From the human T2T-CHM13v2.0 reference genome, Homo sapiens, in NCBI RefSeq assembly GCF_009914755.1, contig NC_060932.1: a stretch of 64,000 bases of DNA; one strand, given 5' to 3'. Positions 12,621 through 29,926 of the stretch are shown here, in pieces. A program made the position numbers and the translations under genes. Every line of letters begins with the position of its first letter. Positions within the stretch are counted from its first letter, which is position 1. A model generated the notes under the pieces. The model ran no database searches. It was not told where the DNA came from and saw nothing but the letters and a program-made list of their open reading frames with translations.

Positions 12621-15170
12621 GTCCTGCAAAATGGCATGTTTTTCTTGAGCCATTTTCTTATTCATACACTGCAGATGACATATTTTCATGTATCTGATCA
12701 CTTGAAAAACAACAAATACATTTTTATTATAACACCAGACAAAAATAATTAATATAGTTGCACTTAGCAAACATCAATATTAGGAACCTACTTTAAATCA
12801 ACAAAATGTACAATGCAAGTGCTATTTAATAGCATGAAATATCAGTGATTATCCATTAATTCTAAACCTGGTAATTAATCACCTGAATTACTGGATTTTA
12901 TTCGATAAGTATGAATACTAATAAAACATCCATTGTGAGCAAACATCTTTCATCTTCCCTTTTATATTCTCTTGCATATAGATTCAATAAATACTATTAA
13001 TCAATACTTTCTACATTGATATATAAATCTTGCCCTCAGTAGTGTCAAATCTGCACATGAAAATCACTACACAGACACATGGCATAATGTCTGATGAGAT
13101 TACCTCTGGATGTATAGTCATACATTAAATGTCAAATGATTAAGAAGAAATACACTAAAAACAGTTGTTATGTATCAGTTGTTGGAGCATGGTAAATTTT
13201 TAGCATTTTTTTACATGTATGTTCTCAATTCAATTATATTCAACATTTTAACATGTTAAAAGAAGTAAAAGCAATTAATCTTTATTTCAACAAAGAATGA
13301 CACCACAACTCTTTCCCCAGGGATGCCATCCCCCTGTGAGTAAGGGAGTTCACAGGCTTTTACCCATTTCTGAGGCTATCTCTCTACGTTTAATCTATCT
13401 AAATTGTTTAGAAATATCCAGTGTTGGGAGAAGATATAAGAAGGATAGATATGAAGTATATCATAATTGGTATAAAACATTATAGTGGAATATGGTAGAA
13501 TTATTCAAGTTAGCTAAACAAAGGAAACTTTAAAAAGTCAAACATTTAGCTTTACCTTATCTGCCATTTGTATTGCAATGTTAGCAGTGTTTCCCATAAA
13601 TCTTGAGCATCTTTTGCTATCTAAATACAACTATATTATTCAATTGGTTTATAAGGCACACCAAAGGGACATTTTTGTATTCCATATTTGAGTTAGTGTC
13701 AGGCAGGGAAACATGACATGGCTGCAGCGGCTAAAAGAGAACATTTAGTAGCAATAGGATTTGCAACCAGAAAGAAACATGAAATCATAAGCTATGGGTA
13801 TTTGTCAGCATATTGGGAAATATACTGGCCTTCCATAAGACTAAGGAGTTATGTAAATCACTCCATAATTTTAATGATTCAGGGAGGTATCTGGGTTAAA
13901 TTTGCTTTGTTAACTATAAAACTCTTTGAACTTTGCCGTACAAGTTCATGCCAGCCCCGCTTCCCACCATCAATCCACAATGTGTTGTGACTTATTCCTA
14001 CTATTTTGGAATAGTAGGTTTGGAATATTTTAAGTCTCTCCTTAAATTATTCACAATCTGTTCATCTTCTTTGAGTGCAAAAGTTGCCATTTGCCTTTTA
14101 GTTGCTCAGAAGCCTATTTTCTGGTATGATATTCCAAGATTTACTATTAGCCTGCACTATTGCACATTAGAGTTCAGAAAAATATGTCTCTAAAGCTCAA
14201 TTTATCTATTCAGTCAGATGTAGTTACTTGAAAAGTACAGAATGATTACTTTTCTAAAGTGTATCTGGCCTGATCTAAAGAGATTTCACTTATTCAGGGA
14301 TCAACTCCATGCAAAGACTATAAATTTCTCTCAGTGAGAATAACACTAACAGATTGCAGGAATTCTAATGAGTGAGTTTCCATGTCTACTAGGACCCATA
14401 GAGATATGCAGCCATGGTAAAGGAGAAGAACTGAAAAGCATGCAAACTATTTACAAGATAATTAGCCAAGTGGAGATTACATTAAAATACATATTTTGCT
14501 CAATTTCTACAATTCACATACTTTTAGCTTAAAAATAGTAACATATATGGAACATTGCCTACATATAAAATTATTGTACAGGTATTTTCACCATAGAGGG
14601 GAGATGCTGAAGAGAGTATTTGACTCAATAATTCAGCAAGTTTCAAAAGATGTTACAATAAACTGAAGTTGGCAGTTATCATGCATAATTTTCATATGTG
14701 GTTGCATGAAATTTCTAATTCTGGGCATCAACTCAAATTCTGAGAACATGTAATATGCTTTCTATTGAAACCAGCAGTTGAGTAATAATACATAATATGA
14801 CAATATTATGTGAGTAACATTTGTATGTGAGATATTATCATGGCTAAAAATGTATTAGCCATAATAATACCTTAGGAAAACTTGAACTTCTTTCTTGTAA
14901 GAGGCATAGAAAAGAAATAAGAGCTCTTTCAACAGTTGGTTTACTCTTTTTCAAAGCTTTCACAAAATAATGCAAATATAACTTTTCAAAGAGAAACAAA
15001 ATAGTATTTAATATCAGTAAGAAAGATGGAGTAAGTGAACATTAAATTTTACTGCTAGATTTTTTTTCTAAACTAAACAGTTTACAAATTTATAACAACC
15101 TTAGTTACCATTTGTAATTATTTATAATTACATATTGCTCCATTTATACAACATTAAAAGTTTAGTAATA

Positions 15171-15538
15171 TAGTCACGTGTTTCTTAACAATGGCGATAC
15201 TCTCTGAGAAATGTGTCATTAGGTGATTTCATCATTGTACAAATATCAGAGTGTATTTACACACTCTACATCAGAGTGTACTTTCAAGCCTAGATGGAAT
15301 AGCCTACCACACACCTAAGCTATATAGTATCACCTGTTGCTCTTAGGCTACAAGCCTGAACATCATGTTATTGTACTGAATATGGTAAACAGTTATAATA
15401 CAATGTAATGCAAGTATTTTTATCTCTAAACATATCTAAACATAGAAAATAAAAAGATATCATAGTATAACCTTATGGTTGCACCATTATATATGTGGTC
15501 CATCATTGACTGAAACATTGTTAGGCAGCACATGACCA
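15171..15538 (+). mobile_element. Tigger3a (MER7A/Golem) non-autonomous TcMar DNA transposon
   Basis: Terminal inverted repeats tagtcacgtg.../...catgacca flanked by TA; internal ctgagaaatgtgtcattaggtgatttc and cctagatgg..tagcctaccacacaccta. Confidence 0.9.
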
Positions 15539-16078
15539 TATACTGGACACATTCAGTGTCAAATGTGTGTGACTGTCAAGGTGAGGGTCAGGGTCTTAGG
15601 CTGCACGTAGAAAGATGTGGATTATTCTGAGACTCTACATCCTCCAAATGCCAGCACTGCAATTTTTATATCACTAGTAATAGTGAGTGATCTGGCTTCT
15701 TTTCCAGAGTTTGAGTTTCGTCTGTTCAAGTCAGTCTTATTCTGTCATTCATCCAGTCCATGCTCCTCTCCTAAATCAGAGATAAAATATATTACAAATT
15801 CTGCTACGAACTCCAGTGTTGTCTCAATCATAAAATGCCAATTTGGTGTTCCAACTAGATTAATAGAAGTGATATCCAGAAAGTGATAAACTTTGCAAAC
15901 TGACAAAAAACATTCTAGTTTATACAGCATCTTGCTTCATCTCTAGTAGCCATTTCATTTTTGGGGAGCCAGAGAATGGGTAAACCTGCATGCTTTATTC
16001 CTTAAAATGGAAAGAAAAATAAGAAAAAGTTTACAAGCCTGGTTTTCAACAACTTAATTTAGTTTAAACGACAAAAGG

Positions 16079-16116
16079 ATACATACATACATACACACAA
16101 ACACACACACACACAC
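16079..16116. repeat. (TACA)n(CA)n microsatellite
   Basis: Directly visible. Confidence 0.9.
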
Positions 16117-16149
16117 GTTAGTTTCCAAAGATAGTGTGAAACCTATATA

Positions 16150-19100
16150 CCACTCGTATGTGGCATGCACTACCTACAATCAAGAGTGGAGATGCTATTT
16201 GAATCTGAGCTGAGCCTGTCACTGCTTTGATCAGTGGAATGTGGACAAAGTGCCATCTTGGGCTACTGAGCACAGTTATTAAGATTTGACAGTCTACTCT
16301 CCCAGTCATGGAAAACTAAGCTTCCAAGTAAGAGTCCAAGTTATTCTACTAGAGAGAGAAACCACTTGTTAAGGTCTTGAAAGTGGAGATGCAACATAGA
16401 GAGAGGCCACATGGAGAAGTACACAGGCACCAGATATCCAGACCCAGCTGGCAGGCCCAACCGTCATCTAACTTGACTCACTTAAGAGACCTCAAGCTAA
16501 ATCTATTAAGCAACCTACCGATTGTGCTCCTGCCAGCTTACAGAATAAAATGGCTATTGTGTAAACCACCAAATTTGGAAGTTATCTGTTATTCAAAACT
16601 ATTGAAGTGAAATAGACTTTTTAATGTTAAGTGGAATGTTGCTTTTGAAAAAAGCTCCCCATATATATTACACACTTTAGGACATCATGGGGGATGGAAG
16701 CTGGAAATGCCTTGAGAAGATTATTAGGCTTGCAGAGAATATTATTTGAGCTGGAAAGAAAGAGACACAAGTTATATAAAAGCCATATAATTAATAAAAT
16801 AATCAATAAAGGGATTATGAAAAATTGAAAGGTTACCCCAACTTGTTGATCTGTCTAAAGATATTACCAGAAAAAAATTTGAGAGTGTGAACTTTTTTAA
16901 ATATAAATATTAAATTTGTATATCGGTTGATGATAAAGTACGAGAGTAGCCAGAAGGGCTAAAAAGTAAGTGCTCAATTTTTCAAGATAATTTAGAGAAA
17001 ATACAAAAATGCAATACTTTTCTGTCTTCAAAAATAAAACTTTGTCTATTCTTAGTCTCTGTGGAAGACAAAAACAGCTTTCAAAGTAGGAAATAGCCTC
17101 AGAGCAAAGGACACGTCTTGGCCATCGCCAGTATAAACTGATCTCTGCGTAAATTTCAGATCAAGGATCAGCTGTACATGCCTTTGTTAAGGCTCAAAAA
17201 ACTTTGTCACCTTTAGAAATTTTCAGCTAGAAAAAAGACCGCTAGGTCAACTAATAGAATTTCTGAAAGTTTTAAGAAAAATTTTACCTCAGTAGCCTTG
17301 GATGGGAGGTCTAAGGTACAGCAGCTCTTACTTCTGAAGGGAATGTGAGTGCTGTTTTTTGTTTGTATGTGTTTTCTCATCTAATGAGTTTTATTATAAC
17401 ATGATAAATTTAAAAACCTATAAAGCTTATTGAAGGAATTATAACATCTTGTACTAAAAAAAGGTGGCAGTTTATAATGAAAAGAGATCACTAGGAACCT
17501 CAAAATTTTATAAGCAGGATGCAGGCCAGAAGAGCTGCTGTGCTAAAAGCATGAGCCATTTCTTATAGAAAAGTGAGGTTAAGTCAGAGGGCAAATGAAA
17601 ATTCCTGAGGATGGAGCCAACATCTATGGGGAGCCACTTCATTGAAACTTAATCAAGGAACCACATGCAGGTACCCAGTTGGATATTTTAAAAACTGTTG
17701 TTTTATCAGGTCATTTATGTTCTTCTCTAAACTGGAACGTATCTCAAAATAATAAGAGCTATTTACGACAAACCCACAGCCAATATCATACTGAATGGAC
17801 AAAAACTGGAGGCATTCCCTTTGAAAACCAGCACAAGACAAGGATGCCCTCTTTCACCACTCTTATTCAACATAGTATTGGAAGTTCTGGCCAGGGCAAT
17901 CAGGCAAGAGAAAGAAATAAAGCGTATTCAAATAGGAAGAGAGGAAGTCAAATTGTCTCTGTTTGCAGATGACATGATTGTATATTTAGAAAACCCCATC
18001 ATCTCAGCCCAAAATCTCCTTAAGCTGATAAGCAACTTCAGCAAAGTCTCGAGATACAAAATCAATGTGCAAAAATCACAAGCATTCCTATACACCAATA
18101 ACAGACAATCAGAGAGTGAAATCATGCGTGAACTCCCATTCACAATTGCTACAAAGAGAACAAAATACCTAGGAATACAACTTACAAGGCATGTGAAGGG
18201 TCTGTTCAAGGAGAACTCCAAACCTCTGCTCAAGGAGATAAGAGAGGACACAAACAAATGGAAAAATATTTCATGCTCACTGATAGGAAGAATCACTATT
18301 GTGAAAATGGCCATACTGCCCAAAGTAATTTATAGATTCAATGCTATTCCCATCAAGCCACCATTGACTTTCTTCACAGAATTAGAAAAAACTACTTTAA
18401 ATTTAAATTTCATATGAAATCAAAAAAGAGCCCATATAGCCAAGATAATCCTAAGCCAAAAGAACAAAGCTGGAGGCATAACACTACCTGATGTGAAACT
18501 ATACTGAAAGGCTACAGTAGCCAAAACAGCATGGTACTGGTACCAAAACAGATATATAGACCAATGGAATGGAACAGAGGCCTCAGAAATAATGCCACAC
18601 ATTTACAACCATTTAATCTTTGACGAACCTCACAAAAACAAGCATTTAATAAATGGTGTTGGGAAAACTGGCTAGCCACATGGAGAAAACTGAAACTGGA
18701 CCCCTTCCTTACATCTTATTCAAAAATTAACTCAAGATGGGTTAAAGCCTTAAATGTGAAATCTAAAACCATAAAAATCCTAGAAGAAAATCTAGGCAAT
18801 ACCATTCAGGACATAGGCATGGGCAAAGACTTCATGACTAAAACACCAAAAGCAATGGCAACAAAAGCCAAAATTGACAGATGGGATCTAGTTAAACTAA
18901 AGAGCTTCTGCACAGCAAAAGAAACTATCATCAGAGTGAACAGGTAACCTACAGGATGGAAGAAAAATTTTGGACTCTATCCATCTGACAAAGGGCTAAT
19001 ATCCAGAAGCTACAAGGAACTTAAACAAATTTAAAAGAAAAAAACAAACCACCCCATCAAAAAGTGTGCAAAGGATAGGAACAGACACTTCTCAAAAGAG

Positions 19101-20640
19101 GACAGTTGTGCAGCCGACAAACATATGAAAAAAAGCATATCATCACTGGTCATTAGAGAAATGCAAATCAAAACTATAATGAGATACTATTTCACACCAG
19201 TTAGAATGGCAATCATTAAAAAGTCAGGAAACAACAGATGCTGGAGAGGATGTGGAGAAATAGGAACACTTTTACACTGTTGGTGGGAGTGTAAATTAGT
19301 TCAACCATTGTGGAAAACAGTGTGGCCTCCGTGATCTAGAAACAGAAATATCATTTGACCCAGCAATCCCATTACTGGGTATATACCCAAAGGATTATAA
19401 ATTATTCTATTATAAAGACACATGCACACATATATTTATTGCAGCACAATTCACAACAGAAAAACTTGGAACCAACCCAAATGCCCATCAATGATAGACT
19501 GGATAAAGAAAATGTGGCACATATACACCATGGAATACTATGCAGCCATAAAAAAGGATGAGTTCATGTCCTTTGCAGGGACATGGATGAAGCTGGAAAC
19601 CATCATTCTCAGCAAACTAAAACAGGAACAGAAAACCAAACACCACATGTTCTCACTCATAAGCGGGAGTTGAACAATGAGAACACATGGACACATGGAG
19701 GGGAACATCACACACAAACGGGGGCCTGTTGGGGGATGGGGGTCTAGGGGAGGGATAGCATTAGGAGAAATACCTAATGTAGATGATGTGTTGACGGGTG
19801 CAGCAAACCACCATGGCACGTGTATACCTACATAACAAACCTGCATGTTCTGTACATGTATCCTAAAACTTAAAGTATAATTAAAAAATGTTAAAAAAAG
19901 TTATGAGCTGCTTATTACTCTCTTCCTACCACTTTAACTCTATCTACACATTCTTTGTCCTTGTTCACTATTATATATTTGGTGAATGGGGTACTGAAAA
20001 TTTGTCTCTATTTTAAAGATTCTCAGATCAAAAGGGACAATATCCAAGTAGATGAGCTGGAGATTCCACACCAAAGAAACCTGATTCACAAAAGACAAGG
20101 AAATTCTAGAATTCAAGCTGATACTGTAAAACAATGATACTTTGGCAGGACGGTGTCTAAAAACGGAATGGCTATATGTGATACAAGGAAAGAAATAAAT
20201 TCTTGTGGCCAGAGGGTTGGATGGCCCCGAAACTTCTGCCCTTCCTAGTTTGTAAATAATTACTTTTTTCCATCAAAATATGGAACTTATATCCCTCCAG
20301 TAGAGTTGTGAAACATTTGACAAATGGACTGCAGAGGAAGTACCATTCTAAATTTCTAGTCCAAGTATAAATAAAGCATTAAGGCAACTCCCTCTTTTTT
20401 ACTCTTGGAGTCTTTCACGAAACTTGCCAAAAGGAGAAAAAAGCCACATGAAAAGTATAAGGTTACAAACAACCACCTCTAGCCATAAGCCCAACTACCA
20501 TCTGAGTCCAACCACATAGGAGGTCAGAAGAAAGATCAGAAAACAACCAGGTAAGCCCTATCCAAATGTGATATATAATGAACTGGTGGTTTGTTTAAGC
20601 CAGATGTTAGCAACGATTTTTAAGAAAAAGTTACAAACTA
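16150..20640 (+). mobile_element. Old MLT1 (MaLR) element: 5' LTR ~16150-16615, internal region, 3' LTR ~20216-20640; split by an L1
   Basis: LTR end aataaaatggctattgtgtaaaccaccaaatttggaagttatctgtta; MLT-int 3' end ttgtggccagaggg followed by a second LTR gatggcccc...; boundaries approximate. Confidence 0.6.
17700..19890 (+). mobile_element. 5'-truncated L1PA7-like element with a tiny 5' inversion
   Basis: RT ORF 17821-18417 ([16 protein letters not shown]); 3'UTR gcattaggagaaatacctaatgtagatga typical of L1PA7; 17705-17735 is antisense ORF1. Confidence 0.95.
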
Positions 20641-21621
20641 AATATTTTAGAATTTGTGATTCATATATGGCATCTGTTTTCACAACCTTTTAAAAATGTG
20701 GAAAACATGAATAGTTAGAAGATCATAAAAAACCAGGTCACAAGCAGTGGGAAATTCTTTGTTGATGCTTGTTTTCAGCCACTAACTTTTGTGCTGGTTA
20801 TGGAAGAACACGTGACCAAAACAATTTATAAACATATTTTAATCATAAAACTGAAATTTAACAGCATATTGAAAACTTTATAGACTATTAGATAATATGG
20901 TATAATTTTATTACAGTTTCAAAACAAAATCTGGGAGGTTAAATTTTTTGACCTGATTTCTCAAACAATAAAACAAAATATGAAAATATGTTAAAAACTA
21001 AATAACCATGAATTCACTAATTATGGAAATAAATGACAGCATTGCAAGTTTTATTATACTTTAAATATCTTCTAGTTGATCAATTAGATTGCTAGCCTAT
21101 AAATTCCAAATCACAATAAAATTGTCACCAATAAATTATAGAGTAATGAAGAGTTTAAAAAAATGCATCTGTTCCATTTTGCCTTGCTGAAATCCTTCCT
21201 GTTACTTCACAAGAAGATACTTCAATCTCATACACACCAATGTTTGTATATCAAACTCTGCAATTCCTTTGTCTATAACAATAAAATTATTTAATACTGA
21301 TAATAGTAATTAATTAAACTAATTATTAAGTGCATATTGTGATTATAGCAGGTGCTTTTGGCTTTATGGGAAAAATGAAAACAGCACATGTATTGATGGA
21401 GAAAGTAATCTTTAAGCAATAAGATGAACAGATAAAAGAGGTAAAATAGGAAATAACTTTTATTCATATTCACATGGTAATTTTCATAGAGAATCTACTC
21501 AGAATATTTGCCAATTGACAAAAAATAAGGTAAGATATGATTAGGTGTCAAGTGAATGTTACCACTAATAATTTAGAAGAGGTATATTTATTGTTAAACT
21601 TTAAAAATATATATATTTATT

Positions 21622-21889
21622 GGCCGGGCGTGGTGGCTCACGCCTATAATCCCAGCACTTTGGGAGGCTGAGGCGGGCGGATCACGAGGTCAGGAGTTCG
21701 AGACCATTCTGGCCAACATGGTGAAGCCCTGTCCAAAAAGGTAGCTGGGCATGGCCTGTAATCCCAGCTACTCAGGAGGCTGGGGCAGGAGAATCTCTTC
21801 AACCTGAGAAGTGGAGGTTGCAGTGTGATCGCGCCACTGCACTCCAGTCTGGGTGACAGGGTGAGACTGCCTCAAAAAAAAAAAAAAAA
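21622..21889 (+). mobile_element. AluS (Sg-like) with internal deletions
   Basis: ggccgggcgtggtggctcacgcc...poly-A; shortened middle linker; atttatt on both flanks. Confidence 0.93.
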
Positions 21890-22233
21890 TGATTTATTGA
21901 TCTTTTGTATATACCTTTGGTGTAGAAATAAAAATTCAGAAGTGAAATCAGTAATCTGTTATATCATTAGGTTTTCAATTTTTGGTTTCATAGAAAAATT
22001 AAATATATGAAGATATAGAGAGACAAATATAGATATATAATATAAATATTTTTCAATTAAAATACAATTTTGGATGTTTGGTTCTAAGAGGGAATATATA
22101 AGACATTTTTAAATCTGTATTGTGAGTGATTTTCAAAATTACAATTATTAGCTCTATTTTATCTTTATACGGATCATGTTATCTCAGCAGACAAGTAAAT
22201 AAGACTCAATTAACAAGTCTTTATATGGAATCT

Positions 22234-22584
<351 letters not shown>

Positions 22585-23252
22585 TTAGATATTTAGCGAC
22601 AAGGCCATTTCATTCACTTCTTATAAATAAACAATCATATAATATACCAACTATGTTTATTCAATATTGCTGCTTATTTGTTTACATTGTTTTGTCCCTA
22701 TACTATCAGTTTCACATTGTCTGTTTCCTGATAATCATGCAAAATTTAGATGATCTTTTCCCTACATTCCCTACATTCCCTCATACATAGAAGAGATTGT
22801 ATTCATATATCGACTCTAAGTGTTCTAAGCAGAATCACCATACAAACCTGGAGGTTTTCTTGAAACTGTGCAAAATGCTTTCAATCATTTACTCTCTAGA
22901 CACTGTAAAATTTATGCTCAGTATTGTCTTTACATGAGCAGACTGAGAAAATGCGCTTTCCTATTTGTTACAGGAAAAAAGAAGGGCAAAGAATTGGGCA
23001 TTTATTATTCTGACAAAGAGAAAATGCACACTAACATACTATTTTCTGGTCTATATTTAAAATGCTTACAAACCATAAAGTTCTGCTGCACTCCACTCTT
23101 CTGGCAAATTTGTATCTTGTTGGAAGTAGCAATCTTGGCTACTTTTTGTTTAAGCATTCTAACTGGTGAAATTTGAAGGTTAAAACCAAGACAGCAAATA
23201 AGTCGTCTCAGTTTTTAAAGCAAAAGTAAGGTTCACTGATTCTACTAACTTT

Positions 23253-23372
23253 TATAAGGAACTCTTACAACTCAGCAGCAAAAAATCAAATACTCCAATT
23301 TAAAAATTGGCTAAGGAATTGCTTGAGTAGACATTTCTCCAAAGAAATGTACAAATGGGCAATAGATATGTG
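23253..23372 (+). mobile_element. Short old L1M ORF2 3' fragment
   Basis: gaactcttacaactca...agacatttctccaaagaa..tacaaatgggcaatagatatg. Confidence 0.7.
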
Positions 23373-24330
23373 TGTATATGATATGTGTCGTACTATTATT
23401 TATCTTATTTTGTTTGAGTGTTTCATCTGTAAAGTGGTAGTAATAATTGTTGTTGGATAATAATGTGAAAATTCAGGCACTTAAATATTTAATAACTAGC
23501 AGAGAGTAGGTACTATATAAATGTCAGTTAAATGACTTTCACAAAAATACATGATTGTGATGTTTTCTCTCAGGTGCGGGATTTTCAGTCAAATAGCTAT
23601 ACAGATAATTACACTTTGTTTTAACAGCTTTTTTGTCCACTATGTGTTTGGTCCAATTACCTATGCATATGCACATATTTTTCAGCAATGTTATTTTATT
23701 TTGCAGATGTAAATTGTTTTTTCTCTCTTTTACCGCTATTCCTAACTACTACCCCCCTCCCTTGCTCTTCAGAAATTTAATATCATTCTCATTGTAGAAA
23801 AATTTGTGTTCATAGTTTTAGGTTGTTGCAAAGAAAATAGGCATAGAAACTTATTTCAAGCAATATAACATATTTGAAGAAGAGTATAAATTAGATCCTA
23901 ATATATACAGGTTAAGATCATAGCAAGAGGAAGCATTTCAATTATTTTGCCAGAGGATATTAGGGAAATTTCACTAAAAGGAAAAGAAAAAAAAAAAAAG
24001 TAAGGTTATACTATTGCTCTTACAAGGGATTAGTACAACTCTTCCCCAAACCCCAGATTGAGGACTGATTATTAAAGCCTTATGAGGATAAAGTTCAGGG
24101 AGTCATCTTTTCTCCATTTTTGCATGTTCAAATATTCATTATTTCAGATGTGATAGTCTGCTATCCAGTTTGACATACTAAAATTCTGCCTTTAGAGAAT
24201 GTCCTGATATTATATGAATTACTTGGTTTGGGGGAACATCTTTTCTCTGTCTTGATGGTTTTAGGATTACCTAATCCCAAGGATTATATTAAAACCTGCT
24301 TAGGTCTGTCTGTGGAAGAAAGTCTCTTTT

Positions 24331-24335
<5 letters not shown>

Positions 24336-24375
<40 letters not shown>

Positions 24376-24490
24376 AGAGAAAGGGTCTTGTTGTGTTGCC
24401 CATGTTTGAGTGCAGGCCTATTTATAGCACACTGAAGCCTTGAACTCTGACCTCAAGCAGTCTTCCCACCTCAGGCTCCTGTGCCCGGCT
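24336..24490 (-). mobile_element. FAM/FLAM Alu monomer with (TA)n at its tail
   Basis: (TA)n 24336-24372, then agagaaagggtcttgttgtgttgccca...gacctcaagcagtcttcccacctcag...gtgcccggct. Confidence 0.8.
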
Positions 24491-25249
24491 GTGAAAATCT
24501 CCTTTAAAGTCACATGCTATTCTGTTGAAATTCTTTGGCTGGAGAAGTCTTATGACCTTATTCAATTACAGAGTCTCTAATATTATTTCTCACTGATCTA
24601 GTGACATAAATGAAATTTCAAACCCAATATTTAAAACTCATTATAGTTATAATTTACCCAATAACTCATAACTATTTTATTCACTATCATAATTATCATC
24701 CATTTATGACACCTCATGTTAACATAATTGATATTTGATCTTATAATCACAAATGCCATTAGTCAACTATAATAGTCACATTCATCACTAATATAATATT
24801 AACTTCCTATGAAGACAATATATAAAATGACCTGAATCGAATTCTATTTGATATTATTATCAACGGCCTGATAGACTAAGAAGATAGTTAATAGCTGCAC
24901 TATTAAATATTAAGCATTCCCTTCAATAAAATTTACTATTTCAATAGCAGCTATTAGACTATCACATTATGATATTGTTTAATTTTTTAAATTTTTTTCT
25001 GATAAACTAATTCTTGTTATAGTTATGTTCTTAATATCCTGGAATTAAGATTGTTTTCAAAATGTATTAGCCAGTTTAACATGTGAAAACATTAGCAAAA
25101 CATATAACATTAGACCAGATTATTTTATTGGTTTCAGCATTTATGTTTGGATCTGTCAAGATCCAGTCAGGAGACAGAAACCACAGACCAGAGATTTTCT
25201 ACTGAATATTTACTGTAAAGTTAAACTAGCTCTTGAACTAAAAGGCTTT

Positions 25250-25690
25250 TGTAGTTATATACTGCTTTGTATCCAACTATGTTTTCATTTAGTTGCTTAA
25301 GACAATCATGACATATTATTTCTCAGGATTCTTATGATTCTGGGCTGACTGGAATCATCTGGGATGTCCTTCTATTCCAAATGGTCCAATTTATGCAGCT
25401 CCATTGCCCTGGGAGTTCAGCTGGGCATGAGGATGGAAAATCCAAATGGCTCACCCACATGTCTAGTGCCTTAATTATGGTAGCTGAGACATCTGGGTGA
25501 GGCTCAACTTCACTAGAAGCAGCATAGTTATACTTCTTACGTGGTGGCACAGACCTCGAAGAGAGCAATATAAAGTTGGTAGGTCTCATTTCTGTCCATG
25601 CTATTGGTCAAAGCAAGTTGCAGTGTCAACTGGAATTCAAGGAGAAGGGAAGTAAACTGTACTGTATGGAGAGAGTTGCAAAAAAATATA
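25250..25690 (-). mobile_element. Old MLT1 (H/J-type) LTR inside an older LTR-like remnant (starts ~25154, continues after the L1 to ~30270)
   Basis: ttagttgcttaagacaa...ctattggtcaaagcaagt..gaattcaaggagaagggaa; the host remnant begins tgtcaagatccagtcaggagacagaaaccaca. Confidence 0.55.
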
Positions 25691-25966
25691 AAAGGGTGGG
25701 AGAATAGTTGACAATTGTCATTTAAGAAAAGGCAGAAAAAGGAATATTAAGGTATATGAAGATAGCAACAGCAGAGTGCAGTTACCCACCTAGTGCTGAT
25801 GAAACAAAGGGAAGAAGTTGAGAAAATTAAAACTTAAAAGGGTAGAGGAGTAGCCAAATGAGGCTGGAACTCAGACTCCTGATCAGAAGGCACTATTCAG
25901 CTGGAGCAATGTCTAGGAACCTAACAGAGTTTCCTCATATTTTAAGTATTAGCATATTAAGTCTTT

Positions 25967-29926
<3,960 letters not shown>

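Noticed and set aside
24600-24970. Possible NUMT (G-poor, AT-rich composition)
   Set aside because: I could not recognise any mitochondrial gene or frame; composition alone is insufficient. A BLASTN against mtDNA would decide
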